Shown piece after piece: positions 9,626 to 21,034 of a DNA stretch of 64,000 nucleotides (position 1 is its first letter; every line of letters begins with the position of its first letter). The stretch spans positions 22,258,001 to 22,322,000 of the forward strand of contig NC_135901.1 in assembly GCF_964194155.1 (NCBI RefSeq), read 5' to 3'. The DNA comes from Cetorhinus maximus. Lineage: Eukaryota. Made by a program: the position numbers and the translations under genes. The notes beneath the pieces are model-generated. The model had not been told where the DNA came from, did no database searches, and saw only the letters and a list, made by a program, of their open reading frames with translations.

Positions 9626-11861
9626 GACATCAGCAAGTTCATAAGTGACTGCAGGGATCGGATTCTGCTGTTATTCCTGCTGTTAGTCGTGTTTAGTATT
9701 GATAGTCTGACAATATTTTGTTTCTTTATGCTGATGTTAACAGCCCAATAACTGGGTGGAGTTTAATATTCTGGAGATGTCACTGACTTTTGAGGCTGCA
9801 GTGTCCCTTTTTAAAAGCGCCATCTGTGATCTTTCTCCTTAGTTCAAGAACTCTCAAGAGGAACCCACTTACAATAAAATTATGAACTTCTTTTTGAATC
9901 TTAAATTGATCTTTGGTGCAAAATCTACCATTCAGTATCTCAAAGATACAACTGCAGGTGTCAAAATATTTTTTTCTTCAAAGGCTCTTGAGATTTTCTT
10001 GAGGGCTATTCTTTGATTTTGGAGAACTACGAGTTTGGGTTTCAGGGGCTCCTTTTTCATTCTCACTATTAGGTGCTACAGTCACACAGTAACATTATCT
10101 TGTGTATTTACATTGATCTTTTTGGGGGGGTCCCCTCTTTCAATAGATAACAGCACAAATACCCCACAGTGTATGTATTAAATCTTTTAACTTGGAATCT
10201 ATAAATAAGATGTTTTTGTTAATTTATTTTAAATTAATCTCCCATACTTCATTTCCTTCATGAAAATTCCAACTATTTGATACAAAGTAACTTATTGGGA
10301 ATGAACAGCCCCTGGACAGTGGGAAAGGAGGAGGTGAAAGTGCAGATGTTGAATTTCCTACACTTACATGCGAAGATGCCTTGGGAAGTTTATAAGTTCT
10401 GTATTTCTAAAAACAAACATATTATAGAAAGGATTTGCCTCGTGTGCGTTCTCACTACATGACTAACTGACATTGTTTTCACTGTCTGTGGATAAGGTGA
10501 AGTTGCTGCCGAATGTCTGTCTGAGGTCCTTTTCTCTTTGGAAAACTGGTTTGAAAAAGTAACACTTGGCAGGGTTTATATCAAATCCCCTGACAGTTAT
10601 AGTCACCTATCATCAAATAAAGACACTTTCTAATATTCTATGTCAAGTGAACCTCTTTCTGGATAAAAACAGGACCTGCTGCAATCACCAAAGTAGATTT
10701 AACACATTCCACTTTGCTGAAATTAAGTTAACCAGATACTTTTAATCCTTGGTTTCGGGTTTTACTCATTTTATTGGATACTGTTCAAATCATAAAGCGC
10801 TTATATATTTGGTAAATAAACGCAGAATGTTTTTTTAGATCAGATGGTGGAGCAGGAAAAAATTCTTGTCTTTCTGATCTTCATTGTGTGCGTAATTACA
10901 TTCAAAATTCATCAGTAACATCACTATACCAGCTGAGATCAGCTCAGAATGGGGGTTCTGTATGTTGTCTGTGAGCATTAACCAGCACATAACTGTTTAA
11001 GAATGTAAACCTTGACAAATATATCTCAGCTTCTAATTTGGCATATGTGATTAGCCAGTGAGTTCACAATACCTGGTTACTCAAATACCTGTACTGTACA
11101 CTTGTGGCTGTTTTAACCCACCTCCTGAGTTATATAAAAATAATCGAGGCTCACTTGGCAGAATGGAGAGAGCTCTGTGCTTCTCTGCAGGTTGATTCAA
11201 TCTTTATGAGGCTCACACTGCTCTGAAACCTTCTAGTTCTGTCCCAGGGAGACACAGCTCCTGCACACATCACTGACTCAGGCAGCACGCTTGCAAGCTT
11301 CCTACCTAAAAATGGGTGGCAAAGCTGCTCCTCCAATCACAGATTCTGTCTGGAGAAGCAGCAAAATCACGAGAGACAGAATCTGTGATTGGAGGAGCTG
11401 ATCCTCACAGGTCCTGTCTCCCTCATACGGGGGTAATTTTTCTTCCAGTGGCTGCTTCCATGATAGAATTGTCACAGGCATCTTGGGGGTGAATTCGTCC
11501 CCTGTGTATTTTGAACCTAGGTTCTGAAATACTGTCACACTGATTTTAAGGCTTCCTGGAGTAATACACAGATCCAGATCTTGCCACCTAACACCAATCC
11601 ATATCCTCATCTGAATTCACATTTTCATGTGATTGTCCAATACAGACATTTATCATTTAATTCCTTTAAACGTGGTCCAGCACACATAAACAACAAGAGA
11701 TTGTCTTTGAAATCAGTTGTTCCTTTATCATGTGTTTTTCTGAATGATGACAGTATTAACCTTTTCTTGAACCTATCCTAACCCTTCTGCCAGTTCATTT
11801 ATTAAAACCAGGGATTCTCTTTGTTCTAATAGTGACATTCCCTGTCCGCCCAGTTATTCAC

Positions 11862-12467
11862 AGTATCTTTACAGTGCATAAGGAGACCATTCAGCCCATT
11901 GAGTCTGTACTGGCTCTCCGAAAAGAGCATTCCACCTCGTCCCTCTCCCCTGCCTTATCCCTGTAACTTTGCACATCATCTCTTTTCAGGTAGCAATCCA
12001 ATTCCCTTTTGAATACCTCAATCATCCTGCCTCCACCACCCTTTCAGGTTCCAGACTCCAACCACTCTCTGGGGGAAAAAAAAATCCTCACATTACTTTT
12101 AATCCTTTTGCTAATTATTTTGAAAGTGTGCCCTCTAGTTCTTGATGTTCTCTTGAGTGGGAACAGTTTCATTATTTATCCTGTCCATACCCCTCAGGAT
12201 TTTGATTACCTCTATCAAGTCTCCTCTCAGCCTCCTTTTCTCCAATGAAAACAGTCCCAATCTATCCTCATAGCTACAGTTCTTCATCCTGGCAAGCATT
12301 CTTGTGTATTCTCCTCTGTACTCTCTCCAATACCTTCACATCCGCCCTCAAGTATGGTGCCCAGAACTGGACGCATACTCCAAATGAAGCTTAAATAGTG
12401 TCTCATACAAGTTCAGCATGACCTGCTTACTATTGTACTCAATGCCCCTATTAATAAAGCCTAAGAT
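11862..12467 (-). mobile_element. CR1 3' fragment (host of Tx1-1; continues at 16526-16650)
   Basis: CR1 3'-end and ORF2 C-terminal motifs; the sequence resumes across the TSD cctaagat. Confidence 0.8.
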
Positions 12468-12698
12468 TTTTTTTTTTGTAAAAATATACTTTATTCATAA
12501 AAATCTTCAATCACATTCAAAACCATTTCAAAAACAACATTACAAGGGTACAATCCAGGTTAAACTTTTACATAATGTATCACCAGGTGCATCAGTACAA
12601 ACAATATTACAGTCATTTACAGCCTTTCATTTTGATCTGTACATCCCGAGGGGCTCTAAACAGTTCCCAGTCTCTCGGTGCGCTGTGGTAGAAAGGTC

Positions 12699-15600
12699 TT
12701 AGACAGCGACCCTTCCCCATTGCGCCTTTGCGGCAGCTGCCCCAAGCTTTAGTGCGTCCCTCAGCACGTAGTCCTGGACTTTGGATTGTGCCAGTCCGCA
12801 ACAATCGGTCGGGGACAAATCTTTGTGCTGGAAGACCAACAAGTTTCGGGCAGACCAAAGCGCGTCTTTCACCGAGTTGATGATCCTCCAGCTGCAGTTG
12901 ATGTTTGTCTCGGTGTGTGTCCCTGGGAACAGCCCGTAGAGCACAGAGTCCTGTGTCACAGAACTGCTCGGGATGAACCTCGACAGCAACCACTGCATCT
13001 CTCTCCAGACTTTCTTTGCAAAGGCACAATCCACAAGGAGGTGAACAACGGTCTCTTCCCCACCACAGCCACCTCGAGGGCATCGTGCAGAGGGGGTGAG
13101 ACTCCTGGCGTGTAGGAAGGATCTGACGGGGAGGGCCTTTCTCACCACCAGCCAAGCTACGTCTTGGTGCTTGTTGGAAAGTTCTGGCGATGAGGCATTC
13201 TGCCAAATGACTTTGACAGTCTGCTCGGGGAACCATCCCACAGGGTCCACCCTCTCCTTATCCCTCAGAGCCTCTAGGACGTTACGTGCTGACCACTGCC
13301 TGATGGACTTGTGGTCAAAGGTGTTTTTCTGCATAAATTTTTCCACCAGGGACAGGTGGTACGGCGCGGTCCAACTACTTGGAGCGTTCCGCGGCAGCGT
13401 GGCCAGACCCATCCTTCGCAACACCGGGGACAGGTAGAACCTCAGCACGTAGTGACACTTGGTGTTTGCGTACTGAGGGTCTACGCACCGCTTGATGCAG
13501 CCGCACACAAAGGTGGCCATCAGTATGAGGGCGATGTTGGGCACGTTTTTTCCCCCTTTATCTAGAGGCTTGTACATCGCGTCCCTGCGGACACGATCCA
13601 TTTTCGACCTCCAGATAAAGCGGAAGATGGCTCGAGTGATCGCCATCGCGCAGGAGTGTGGAATGGGCCAGACCTGCGCCACGTACAGCAACAGCGAGAG
13701 TACCTCACACCTGATGACCAGGTTCTTACCCGCAATGGAGAGGGAGCGTCGCTCCCACATGCCCAGTTTCCTTTTCACCATAGCCACTCGCTCCTTCCAG
13801 TTTCTAACGCATGCCCCGGTCCCTCCGAACCATATCCCCAGCACCTTCAGGCCGTCAGCCCTGACAGTGAAGGGGACAAAGGATCGGTCAGCCCAGTTCC
13901 CAAAGAACATGGCCTCGCTCTTCCCACGGTTTACCTTGGCTCCCGAGGCCAGTTCGAACTGGTCGCAGACGTGCATCAGTCTGCGCACCGACAGCGGATC
14001 CGAGCAGAAGACGGCGACGTCGTCCATGTACAGGGAGGCTTTTACCTGAGTGCCTCCACTGCCTGGGATCGTCACTCCTCTTATGCCCGGATCCTTCCTG
14101 ATGGACTCGGCAAAGGGTTCTATGCAGCACACAAAAAGGACAGGCGAGAGAGGGCAGCCCTGCCTGACTCCAGATTTAATCGGAAAGCTATCTGTTTCCC
14201 ACCCATTGATTGAGACTGCGCTACTGATGTTAGTGTAGAGCAGTTGGATCCAATTTCGAATTCCCTCCCCAAAGCCCATTTTGGAGAGCACATCCCCCAT
14301 GTAGGTGTGCGATATTCTGTCAAAGGCCTTCTCCTGATCCAAGCTGATGAGGCAGGTATCCACACCCCTGTCCTGTACATAGGCAATCGTATCCCTGAGC
14401 AGCGCCAGGCTGTCAGAGATCTTCCTGCCTGGCACAGAGCAGGTCTGGTCAGGGTGAATCACCAATTCCAGAGCGGATTTGACCCGGTTGGCGATGACCT
14501 TGGACAGAATCTTATAGTCCATATTCAACAGTGAAATGGGTCGCCAATTTCTAATTTCCTCCCTTTCCCCCTTGTGCTTGTAGATGAGGGTGATGATGCC
14601 TTTCCTCATGGATTCTGACATGCTGCCGGCCAGGAGCATACTCTCGTACACTTCTAGCAGGTCTGGGCCGATCAAGTCCCACAGAGCCGAATACAACTCC
14701 GCCGGCAGGCCGTCGCTTCCGGGGGTTTTACTCTTCTCGAAGGACTCGAGGGCCTTAGTCAGTTCGTCAGGAGTTAGCGGTTTGTCTAGGCTCTCCCGCG
14801 TACTGTGGTCTAGGACCTCCGTGATAGAGGACAGGAAGGACTGGGAGGCCGTGCTGTCCGTGGGCTTCACGTCATACAGTCCGGCATAAAAGGATTTGCT
14901 GATCCTCAGAATGTCGGACCGTGATGACTTTACTGAGCCGTCTTCTTCCTTCAGGCTGCTGATCACAGAGCGCTCTCTGTGTACCTTTTGGAAGAAGAAA
15001 CGTGAGCACGTCTCATCCTGCTCCACGGAGCGGACTCTGGAACGGAAGATGATCTTGGAGGCCTCCGAGGCAAAGTGCGAGGCTTGCTGGCCCTTCACCT
15101 CTTGGAGCTCCTCCTTGACATCGACCCCCATCGACCGCAGCCGGAGCAGATTCTGCATCTTTTCCTGGAGTCGGGACATTTCCCTCTGTTCCTTTCTAGC
15201 TTTCTGGGTGCCTTTGAGGATGAAAAACCTCTTGATGCTTCCCTTGATCACTTCCCACCAGTGTGTCAGGGACTCAAAGAGGGGTTTCACGGTTCTCCAA
15301 CCTTTGTAATCCCTCTTGAGCTCCTCAATGTTCTCTGGGGTCAGCAGTTGCACATTTAGCTTCCATGCCCCCCTGCCCACCCTCAGGTCTTCCTCCAAGT
15401 GGCAGTCCGCCAGTAGGAGGCAGTGGTCAGAGAAGAACACCGGCTTGACGTCGGTGGATCTGACTGTGAATGCACGGGACACAAACAGGAAGTCTATCCT
15501 GGAACGAATGGACCCGTCTGGCCGCGACCAGGTGTATCTACGCTGCGCTCCGTCTGCAGGGTTGCTGAAGACGTCGTGCAGCTTGGCATCCTTAACTGTT

Positions 15601-16106
15601 TCCATCAGGGATCTGGACGTAGCGTCCAATCTGCTTCCGGCCCTGCCGGATCGTCCAGCCGCATCGATGATGCAGTTGAAGTCCCCGCCCAGAATGACCG
15701 GCCTGGAGGTCGCCAGCAGCAGTGGGAGCTGCTGAAAAACCTCCAGCCGCTCAGCCCCTTGTGCCGGGCCGTACACGTTAATTAACCGGAGTGGAGCGTT
15801 CTTGTACATTACGTCTGCTACCAGGAGTCGCCCGCCCACCACCTCCTTGACCTCGGAGACGGTGAAGTTGCCTCCCCGCAGCAGAATACCCAGGCCGGAG
15901 GAACGAGAGTCGTTTCCGCCCGACCAGATCGATGGCCCGTGGGACCACCATCGTGACCATTGCCTGTAGGAGCTGAGGTGCGGTATCGCACACTCCTGCA
16001 GAAACAACAGGTCAGCTTTGACCTTGGCTAGGTAGTCCAAGGTCGCAACACATCGCGTAGTAGATTTAATGCTACGCACATTTATGGATACAATCTTTAA
16101 ACCCAT
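12699..16106 (-). CDS. Tx1 ORF2: APE endonuclease, reverse transcriptase and C-terminal CCHC knuckle (intact, 1135 aa)
   Basis: Endonuclease motifs SINVRS, LQE, GGDFN, SRID, FSDH; RT motifs PGSDG, WRPISLLN, DQEKAFD, GVRQGCPLSP, YMDD; C-terminal CPRGGCGGEETVVHLLVDC. Confidence 0.95.
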   Translation of the reverse strand: MGLKIVSINVRSIKSTTRCVATLDYLAKVKADLLFLQECAIPHLSSYRQWSRWWSHGPSIWSGGNDSRSSGLGILLRGGNFTVSEVKEVVGGRLLVADVMYKNAPLRLINVYGPAQGAERLEVFQQLPLLLATSRPVILGGDFNCIIDAAGRSGRAGSRLDATSRSLMETVKDAKLHDVFSNPADGAQRRYTWSRPDGSIRSRIDFLFVSRAFTVRSTDVKPVFFSDHCLLLADCHLEEDLRVGRGAWKLNVQLLTPENIEELKRDYKGWRTVKPLFESLTHWWEVIKGSIKRFFILKGTQKARKEQREMSRLQEKMQNLLRLRSMGVDVKEELQEVKGQQASHFASEASKIIFRSRVRSVEQDETCSRFFFQKVHRERSVISSLKEEDGSVKSSRSDILRISKSFYAGLYDVKPTDSTASQSFLSSITEVLDHSTRESLDKPLTPDELTKALESFEKSKTPGSDGLPAELYSALWDLIGPDLLEVYESMLLAGSMSESMRKGIITLIYKHKGEREEIRNWRPISLLNMDYKILSKVIANRVKSALELVIHPDQTCSVPGRKISDSLALLRDTIAYVQDRGVDTCLISLDQEKAFDRISHTYMGDVLSKMGFGEGIRNWIQLLYTNISSAVSINGWETDSFPIKSGVRQGCPLSPVLFVCCIEPFAESIRKDPGIRGVTIPGSGGTQVKASLYMDDVAVFCSDPLSVRRLMHVCDQFELASGAKVNRGKSEAMFFGNWADRSFVPFTVRADGLKVLGIWFGGTGACVRNWKERVAMVKRKLGMWERRSLSIAGKNLVIRCEVLSLLLYVAQVWPIPHSCAMAITRAIFRFIWRSKMDRVRRDAMYKPLDKGGKNVPNIALILMATFVCGCIKRCVDPQYANTKCHYVLRFYLSPVLRRMGLATLPRNAPSSWTAPYHLSLVEKFMQKNTFDHKSIRQWSARNVLEALRDKERVDPVGWFPEQTVKVIWQNASSPELSNKHQDVAWLVVRKALPVRSFLHARSLTPSARCPRGGCGGEETVVHLLVDCAFAKKVWREMQWLLSRFIPSSSVTQDSVLYGLFPGTHTETNINCSWRIINSVKDALWSARNLLVFQHKDLSPTDCCGLAQSKVQDYVLRDALKLGAAAAKAQWGRVAV

Positions 16107-16116
16107 ATTAAAGCAT

Positions 16117-16525
16117 TTATTCTCCTACCAAACCCACTGTCTCTGAGAGTCCCAGACCTTTAGTCTGCTCCTTCATACCCGTAGTGAGCTCAAATTCCTT
16201 CACTTTGGATGGGCTGAGGTAGATCTCCTTGGCCGTGTTCTGCTCCAGTGGCATCTGGAGGTTCACGTAGTGAGCGGATTTTGAGATGACCTTTGCTGGA
16301 GAAGCTTCTCCAAAACTCACCCCCTCTGGGGGGTTGCTGTTCCCGGCTTCCTGGAGCTGGGGTGCGATGATTGCCTCACTGCTCCCAGATTCCAGGGGCT
16401 GTGGTGCACTGGCCTCCTCAGGTTGCAGGCAAAGTTGGGGTGCGTTGGTCTCCTTGTTGTCTCCAATTTTCTGGAGCTCGGGTGTCTCGTCCTCCAACGC
16501 CCTGGAGCTTTGCCGCCTCTTCTGT
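16117..16525 (-). pseudogene. Tx1 ORF1 C-terminal remnant
   Basis: Low-complexity open frame stopping about 10 nt upstream of the ORF2 ATG. The listed N-terminus (16526-16593) is flanking CR1 sequence. Confidence 0.7.
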
Positions 16526-16654
16526 CCTAAGATACTAAATGCTTTATTAACTGCTCTCTCAACATGCCCTCTCACCATCAATGACGTGTACACCGAGGTC
16601 CCTGTGTTTCTGCACCACCATTAGAGGCTCTCCCTTTATTTTATACAGATAAAG

Positions 16655-17260
16655 TCGGTCAATTGTTTGTGCATTGTTTCATCATGTTTCCACATTTCAG
16701 TGACAAATGTTGAAATGTTTACTCCACACCCACAGGGTTTCATCTGTTTAAAGCCACAAACAGAAAGATCCAGTTTTGTCCTGGAGTTTGAGGCAAATCA
16801 GCTTTCAAAATGATGCAGAGTTTCAGCCAATGAGGGAGATCCGGGCTCAGCCCCGCCCCCCCATTCACTCCAATTGGTTGGAGGGCCAGCTGCTCCCGCT
16901 CGGTCCTCCAACCGCGCCCCCTATTCCTATTGGTCCGGAGCCGCCGTCAATCATTTCCCAAAAATTAATCTGGAGCATGCGCACTGCGGGTAATGGCGAT
17001 GGGAAAACGGTTGTTTGTCTCAGCTTCAGGCGGTAAGAGAATTTGCGGAGTAGAGGGAGAAACGGAGCCGGTGGGTGGACAGGGCGGGTTCGTAAATACA
17101 CGATGCGGCTCTGAACTCAGAATAAGAAGCTAGTGATGCGGAGTTAGTATCTGTGGGACGGAGGCTGCGGGATTGCGTCTCCAGCGATAGGCCCGATTAA
17201 CGGCCGTTATCTTTACCGGGTCAATTTGGAGCAGGGCGCATGCGCGGTCATATCTGTCCC
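16655..17260 (+). promoter_or_regulatory. ZNF promoter module, copy 1 (CCAAT boxes, GC box, NRF1-like motifs)
   Basis: ccaat 16827, ccccgcccc 16851, attgg, gagcatgcgcac ~16973 and gcgcatgcgc ~17235. Paralogous to 48480-48900 and, reversed, to 37410-37655. Confidence 0.75.
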
Positions 17261-17440
17261 TGTCAGCAGGAGGAGAGAATATTGTGAATTTCTATCCGGG
17301 ACTGACAGGGATGGGTTTTGGAAACGCCTTTTACAGGGGGTTAGAAGGGGAGGATATACACACAGCAAACTAAAACCAAACATCACATTAAGATCTGACT
17401 TGAGTCACTCCATTCATCAGCCTTTGAGTTTAAGTATTGA
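17255..17440 (+). other. ZNF acceptor/leader module, truncated before any finger
   Basis: gaatttctatccgggactgacag...ccttttacag|ggggttagaaggggagg...aaaccaaacatcacattaagatctgac, followed by a CR1 insertion. Confidence 0.7.
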
Positions 17441-17479
17441 GTTCCAGGTCATTAACACTCACTTTGTGAAATTTCGTCC

Positions 17480-20150
17480 TCATAGAATCACACAGTGCAG
17501 AAGAGGCCCTTTGACCCATCGAGTCTGCACTGACACGTGAGAAACACCTGACCTACCTACCTACCTAATCCCATTTACCAGCACTTGGCCCATAGCCTTG
17601 AATATTACGACGTGCCAAGTGCTCATCCAGTTACTTTTTAAAGGATGTGAGGCAACCCGCCTCCACCACCCTCCCAGGCATCACATTCCAGACCTTCACC
17701 ACCCTCTGGGTAAAACTGTTTTTCCTCACATCCCCCCTAAACCTCCTGCCCCTCTCCTTGAACTTATGCCCCCTTGTGACTGACCCTTCAACTAAGGGGA
17801 ACAGCTGCTCCCTATCCATCCTGTCCATGCCCCTCATAATCTTGTACACCTCGATCAGGTCGCCCCTCAGTCTTCACTGCTCCAACAAAAACAACCCAAG
17901 TCTTTCCAACCTCTCTTCATAACTGAAATGTTTCATCCCAGGCAACATCCTGGTGAATCTCCTCTGCAACCCCTCCAGTGCAATCACATCCTTCCTATAA
18001 TGTGGCGTCCAGAACTGCACACAGTACTCCAGCTGTGGCCTCACTAAGGTTCTATACAACTCCAACATGACCTCCTTACTTTTGTAATCTATGCCTCAAT
18101 TGATAAAGGCAAGTGTCCCATATGCCTTTTTCACCACCCCACTATCATGCCCCTCTGCCTTCAGAGATGTATGGGCACACATGCCGATGTCCCTTTGTTC
18201 CTCAGAATTTCCTAGTGTCATGCCGTTCATTGAATACTTCCTTGTCAAATTACTCCTTCCAAAGTGTATAACCTCACACTTTTCAGGGTTAAATTCCATC
18301 TGCCCATTTGACCATCCCATCTATATCTTCCTGTAGCCCAAGACACTCAACGTCACTGTTAACCACCCGGCCAATCTTTGTGTCATTCGCAACCTTACTA
18401 ATTCTATCCCCCCCACATAGTCAACTATGTCGTTTTATATAAATAACAAATAATAGGGGACCAAGCACAGATCCCTGTGGTACGCCACTGGACACTGTCT
18501 TCCAGTCACTAAAGTATCCTTCTGTCATTACCCTCTGCCTCCTACAACTAAGCCAATTTTGAATCCACTTTATCAAATTGCCCTGTATCCCATGTGCATT
18601 TGCCTTCTTTATTAGTCTCCCATGTGGGACCTTGTCAAAGGCTTTGCTGAAATCCATATAAACTACATCAACTGCACTACCCTCATCTACACACCTGGTC
18701 ACCTCCTCAAAAAATTCAATCAAATTTGTTAGGCATGACCTCCCTCTGACAAAGCTATGTTGACTATCCCTGATCAAACCTTGCTTCTCCACGTGGAGAT
18801 AGATACTCTCCTTCAGAACATTCTCGAATAGTTTCCCTACCACTGACGTGAGACTTACTAGCCTGTAGTTCCCTGGCTTATCTCTATAACCCTTCTTAAA
18901 TAGCGGAACCACATTAGCTGTTCTCCAGTCCTCTGGCACCTCCCCCGTGGCCAGAGAGGAATTAAAAATTTGGGTCAGAGTCCCTGCCATCTCCTCCCTT
19001 GCCTCCCTCAGCAGTCTGGCACACATCATCTGGACCTGGATATTTATCCACTTTTAAGCCTGCCAACACCTCCAATACCTTGTCACTCCCTATATCAATT
19101 TGCTTAAGAACCTCGCAGTCTCCCCGAGTTCCATACCTTCATCCTCATTCTCTTGGGTGAAGATGGATGTGAAGCATTCATTCAACACTCTAGTGATGTT
19201 CTCTGGCTCCACTCATAGATTGCCCCCTTGGTCCCTTATGGGGCCTGCTCTTTCCCTGGTAATCCTCTTCCCATTGATATACTAATAGAATATCTTGGGA
19301 TTTTCCCTACTTTTACCAGCCAGAGCTTTCTCATATCCCCTCTTTGCTCTCCTAATTGCTTTCTTAAGCTCCATCCTGCACTTTCTGTACTACACTCATG
19401 CCTCTGCTGATTTGCTTCCCTTGTACCTGCTAAAAGCCTCTCTTTTCCTTCTCATCATAGCCTGAATATCTCTGGTTATCCATGGTTCTCTGGGCTTGTT
19501 ACTCCTTCCTATTACCCTAGAGGGAACATGTTGAACCTCTACCCTCCCCATTTCCTTTTTGAACACCCCCCACTGCTCCTCTGTAGATTTCCGCACAAGT
19601 AACTGTTCCCAGTCTACCTTGGCCAGATCCTGCCTTATTTTACGAAAATCCACTCTCCCCCAATCCAAAACATTTTTTTTGCAACTTGTGGATTTCTTTG
19701 TCCATAACAAACTTAAACTGTTGTGGTCACTATCGCTAAAATGCTCGCCCACCACCACCTCAGCCACCTGTCTGGCTTCATTCCCCAGAATTAGGTCCAG
19801 CAATGCACCGTCACTTGTTGGACCCTCTACATATTGACCTAAAAAATTCTCCTGTACACATTTCAAGAAATCCACTCCATCCAAGCCCTTAACACTATAT
19901 CTATCCCAATTAATGTTGGGAAAGTTGAAATCACCTAATATATTTACCCTATTGTTATTGTTTTTCCACACCTCCACAAATTGTGCATATTTGCACCTCA
20001 ATTTCCCGCTGACTATCTGGGGGTCTATAATAAACACCTAACAATGTGGCTGCCCCTTTTTTATTCCTAAGCTCTACCCACAAAGCTTCGTTCGATGCCC
20101 TCTCCAAGATATCATCTCTCCTTACTGCAGTAACTGACTCCTTAACACAT
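17480..20150 (-). mobile_element. CR1 LINE, most of ORF2, disrupted
   Basis: GDFNFPNINW (endonuclease), WRTANVVPLFKKG, YMDFSKAFDKVPH and GVPQGSVLGP; ATTCTRTG-type tail at 17481. Confidence 0.95.
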
Positions 20151-20504
20151 CCCCCCTGTTGATCTTACCGATAATCTTAAATCTGTGTCTGTGATACTTT
20201 TATTTCTGCCCTCCCCAATCACCTATCTGTCATTGTTTAACTTCCTTTGTCTCTAATAATGGGTGTATATTAGCTTTGTATAGTATTGCACTGTTATTTC
20301 TGTCGACTGTGTCTAAATGAGGTTTCCACGGCCACCCATCCCCTGACCATGTGCTGCTGACTTACCGGCTTTATCTTCCCACAGTATCTTTCATAATCAG
20401 GAATTGTTTTTCCTGCACTATAGTCCATTCCTCTTCCACTTCTGAGCTTATTTTAAACATCAAATTCTGCACTGTTTTTATTCCCCGTAATTCATTCTGC
20501 ACAC

Positions 20505-20620
20505 CCTGAAATGTTGACTCTTTTTCTCTCTCTACAGATAGTGACTGAGCTGCTGAGAATTTCCAGCATTTTCTCTTTATCTTTCAGATTTCCAGCAGCC
20601 GCAGTCTGTTGCTATTATTT
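20505..20620 (+). mobile_element. Penelope-like terminal-repeat fragment
   Basis: gaaatgttgactc...ctgctgagaatttccagcatt...cagatttccagcagccgcag; a paralog lies at 28247-28360. Confidence 0.65.
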
Positions 20621-21034
20621 TATTGCAGGCATTGCTCACAAAACCGAATCTGGGAACACAGTCGGGCCAGGTCAGAGACGATTTGTTGCAGGGTGGGCGT
20701 TGATGGCTGAAGTCCATCCTTGGCCTCCAGTGTAGGTCCTGTTTCATTGAATCGTAGAATCATGGAATCGTTACGATACAGACGGAGGTTATTTAAGGCT
20801 GTCCCGCCAGTGCTGGCTCTTTGCAAGAGCAAATCAGCTAGTCCCACTCTCCTGCCCTTTCACTAACAAGACCAGCAACAGATATTACCCATCCCCAGTT
20901 ACCTGTGGAGAGGATGATGTTTGATCTTCTTGAACCGCTGCAGTCCGTGTGGTGAAGATGCTCCCACAATGCTGTTAGGTAAGGAGTCACAGGGTCTTCA
21001 CCCAGTGATGATGAAGGAACAGCTGTTTATGTCC

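Larger units (their letters stand above)
12468..16525 (-). mobile_element. Tx1-clade non-LTR retrotransposon, 5'-truncated within ORF1
   Basis: Poly(A) tail and AATAAA at 12468-12496 on the minus strand; TSD cctaagat at 12460-12467 and 16526-16533; intact ORF2. Confidence 0.92.

Noticed and set aside
9960-11600. Possible LTR or unknown element after ZNF-B
   Set aside because: No ORF, terminal repeat or TSD could be supported.
12786-15785. Many antisense ORFs over Tx1 (and over the CR1 copies)
   Set aside because: These are shadow ORFs of GC-rich coding sequence; they recur only because the elements are repeated.
16526-16593. Start of a 158-aa gene
   Set aside because: It is a chimera of host CR1 sequence (GHVERAVNKAFSILG) fused to the truncated Tx1 ORF1 at the TSD.
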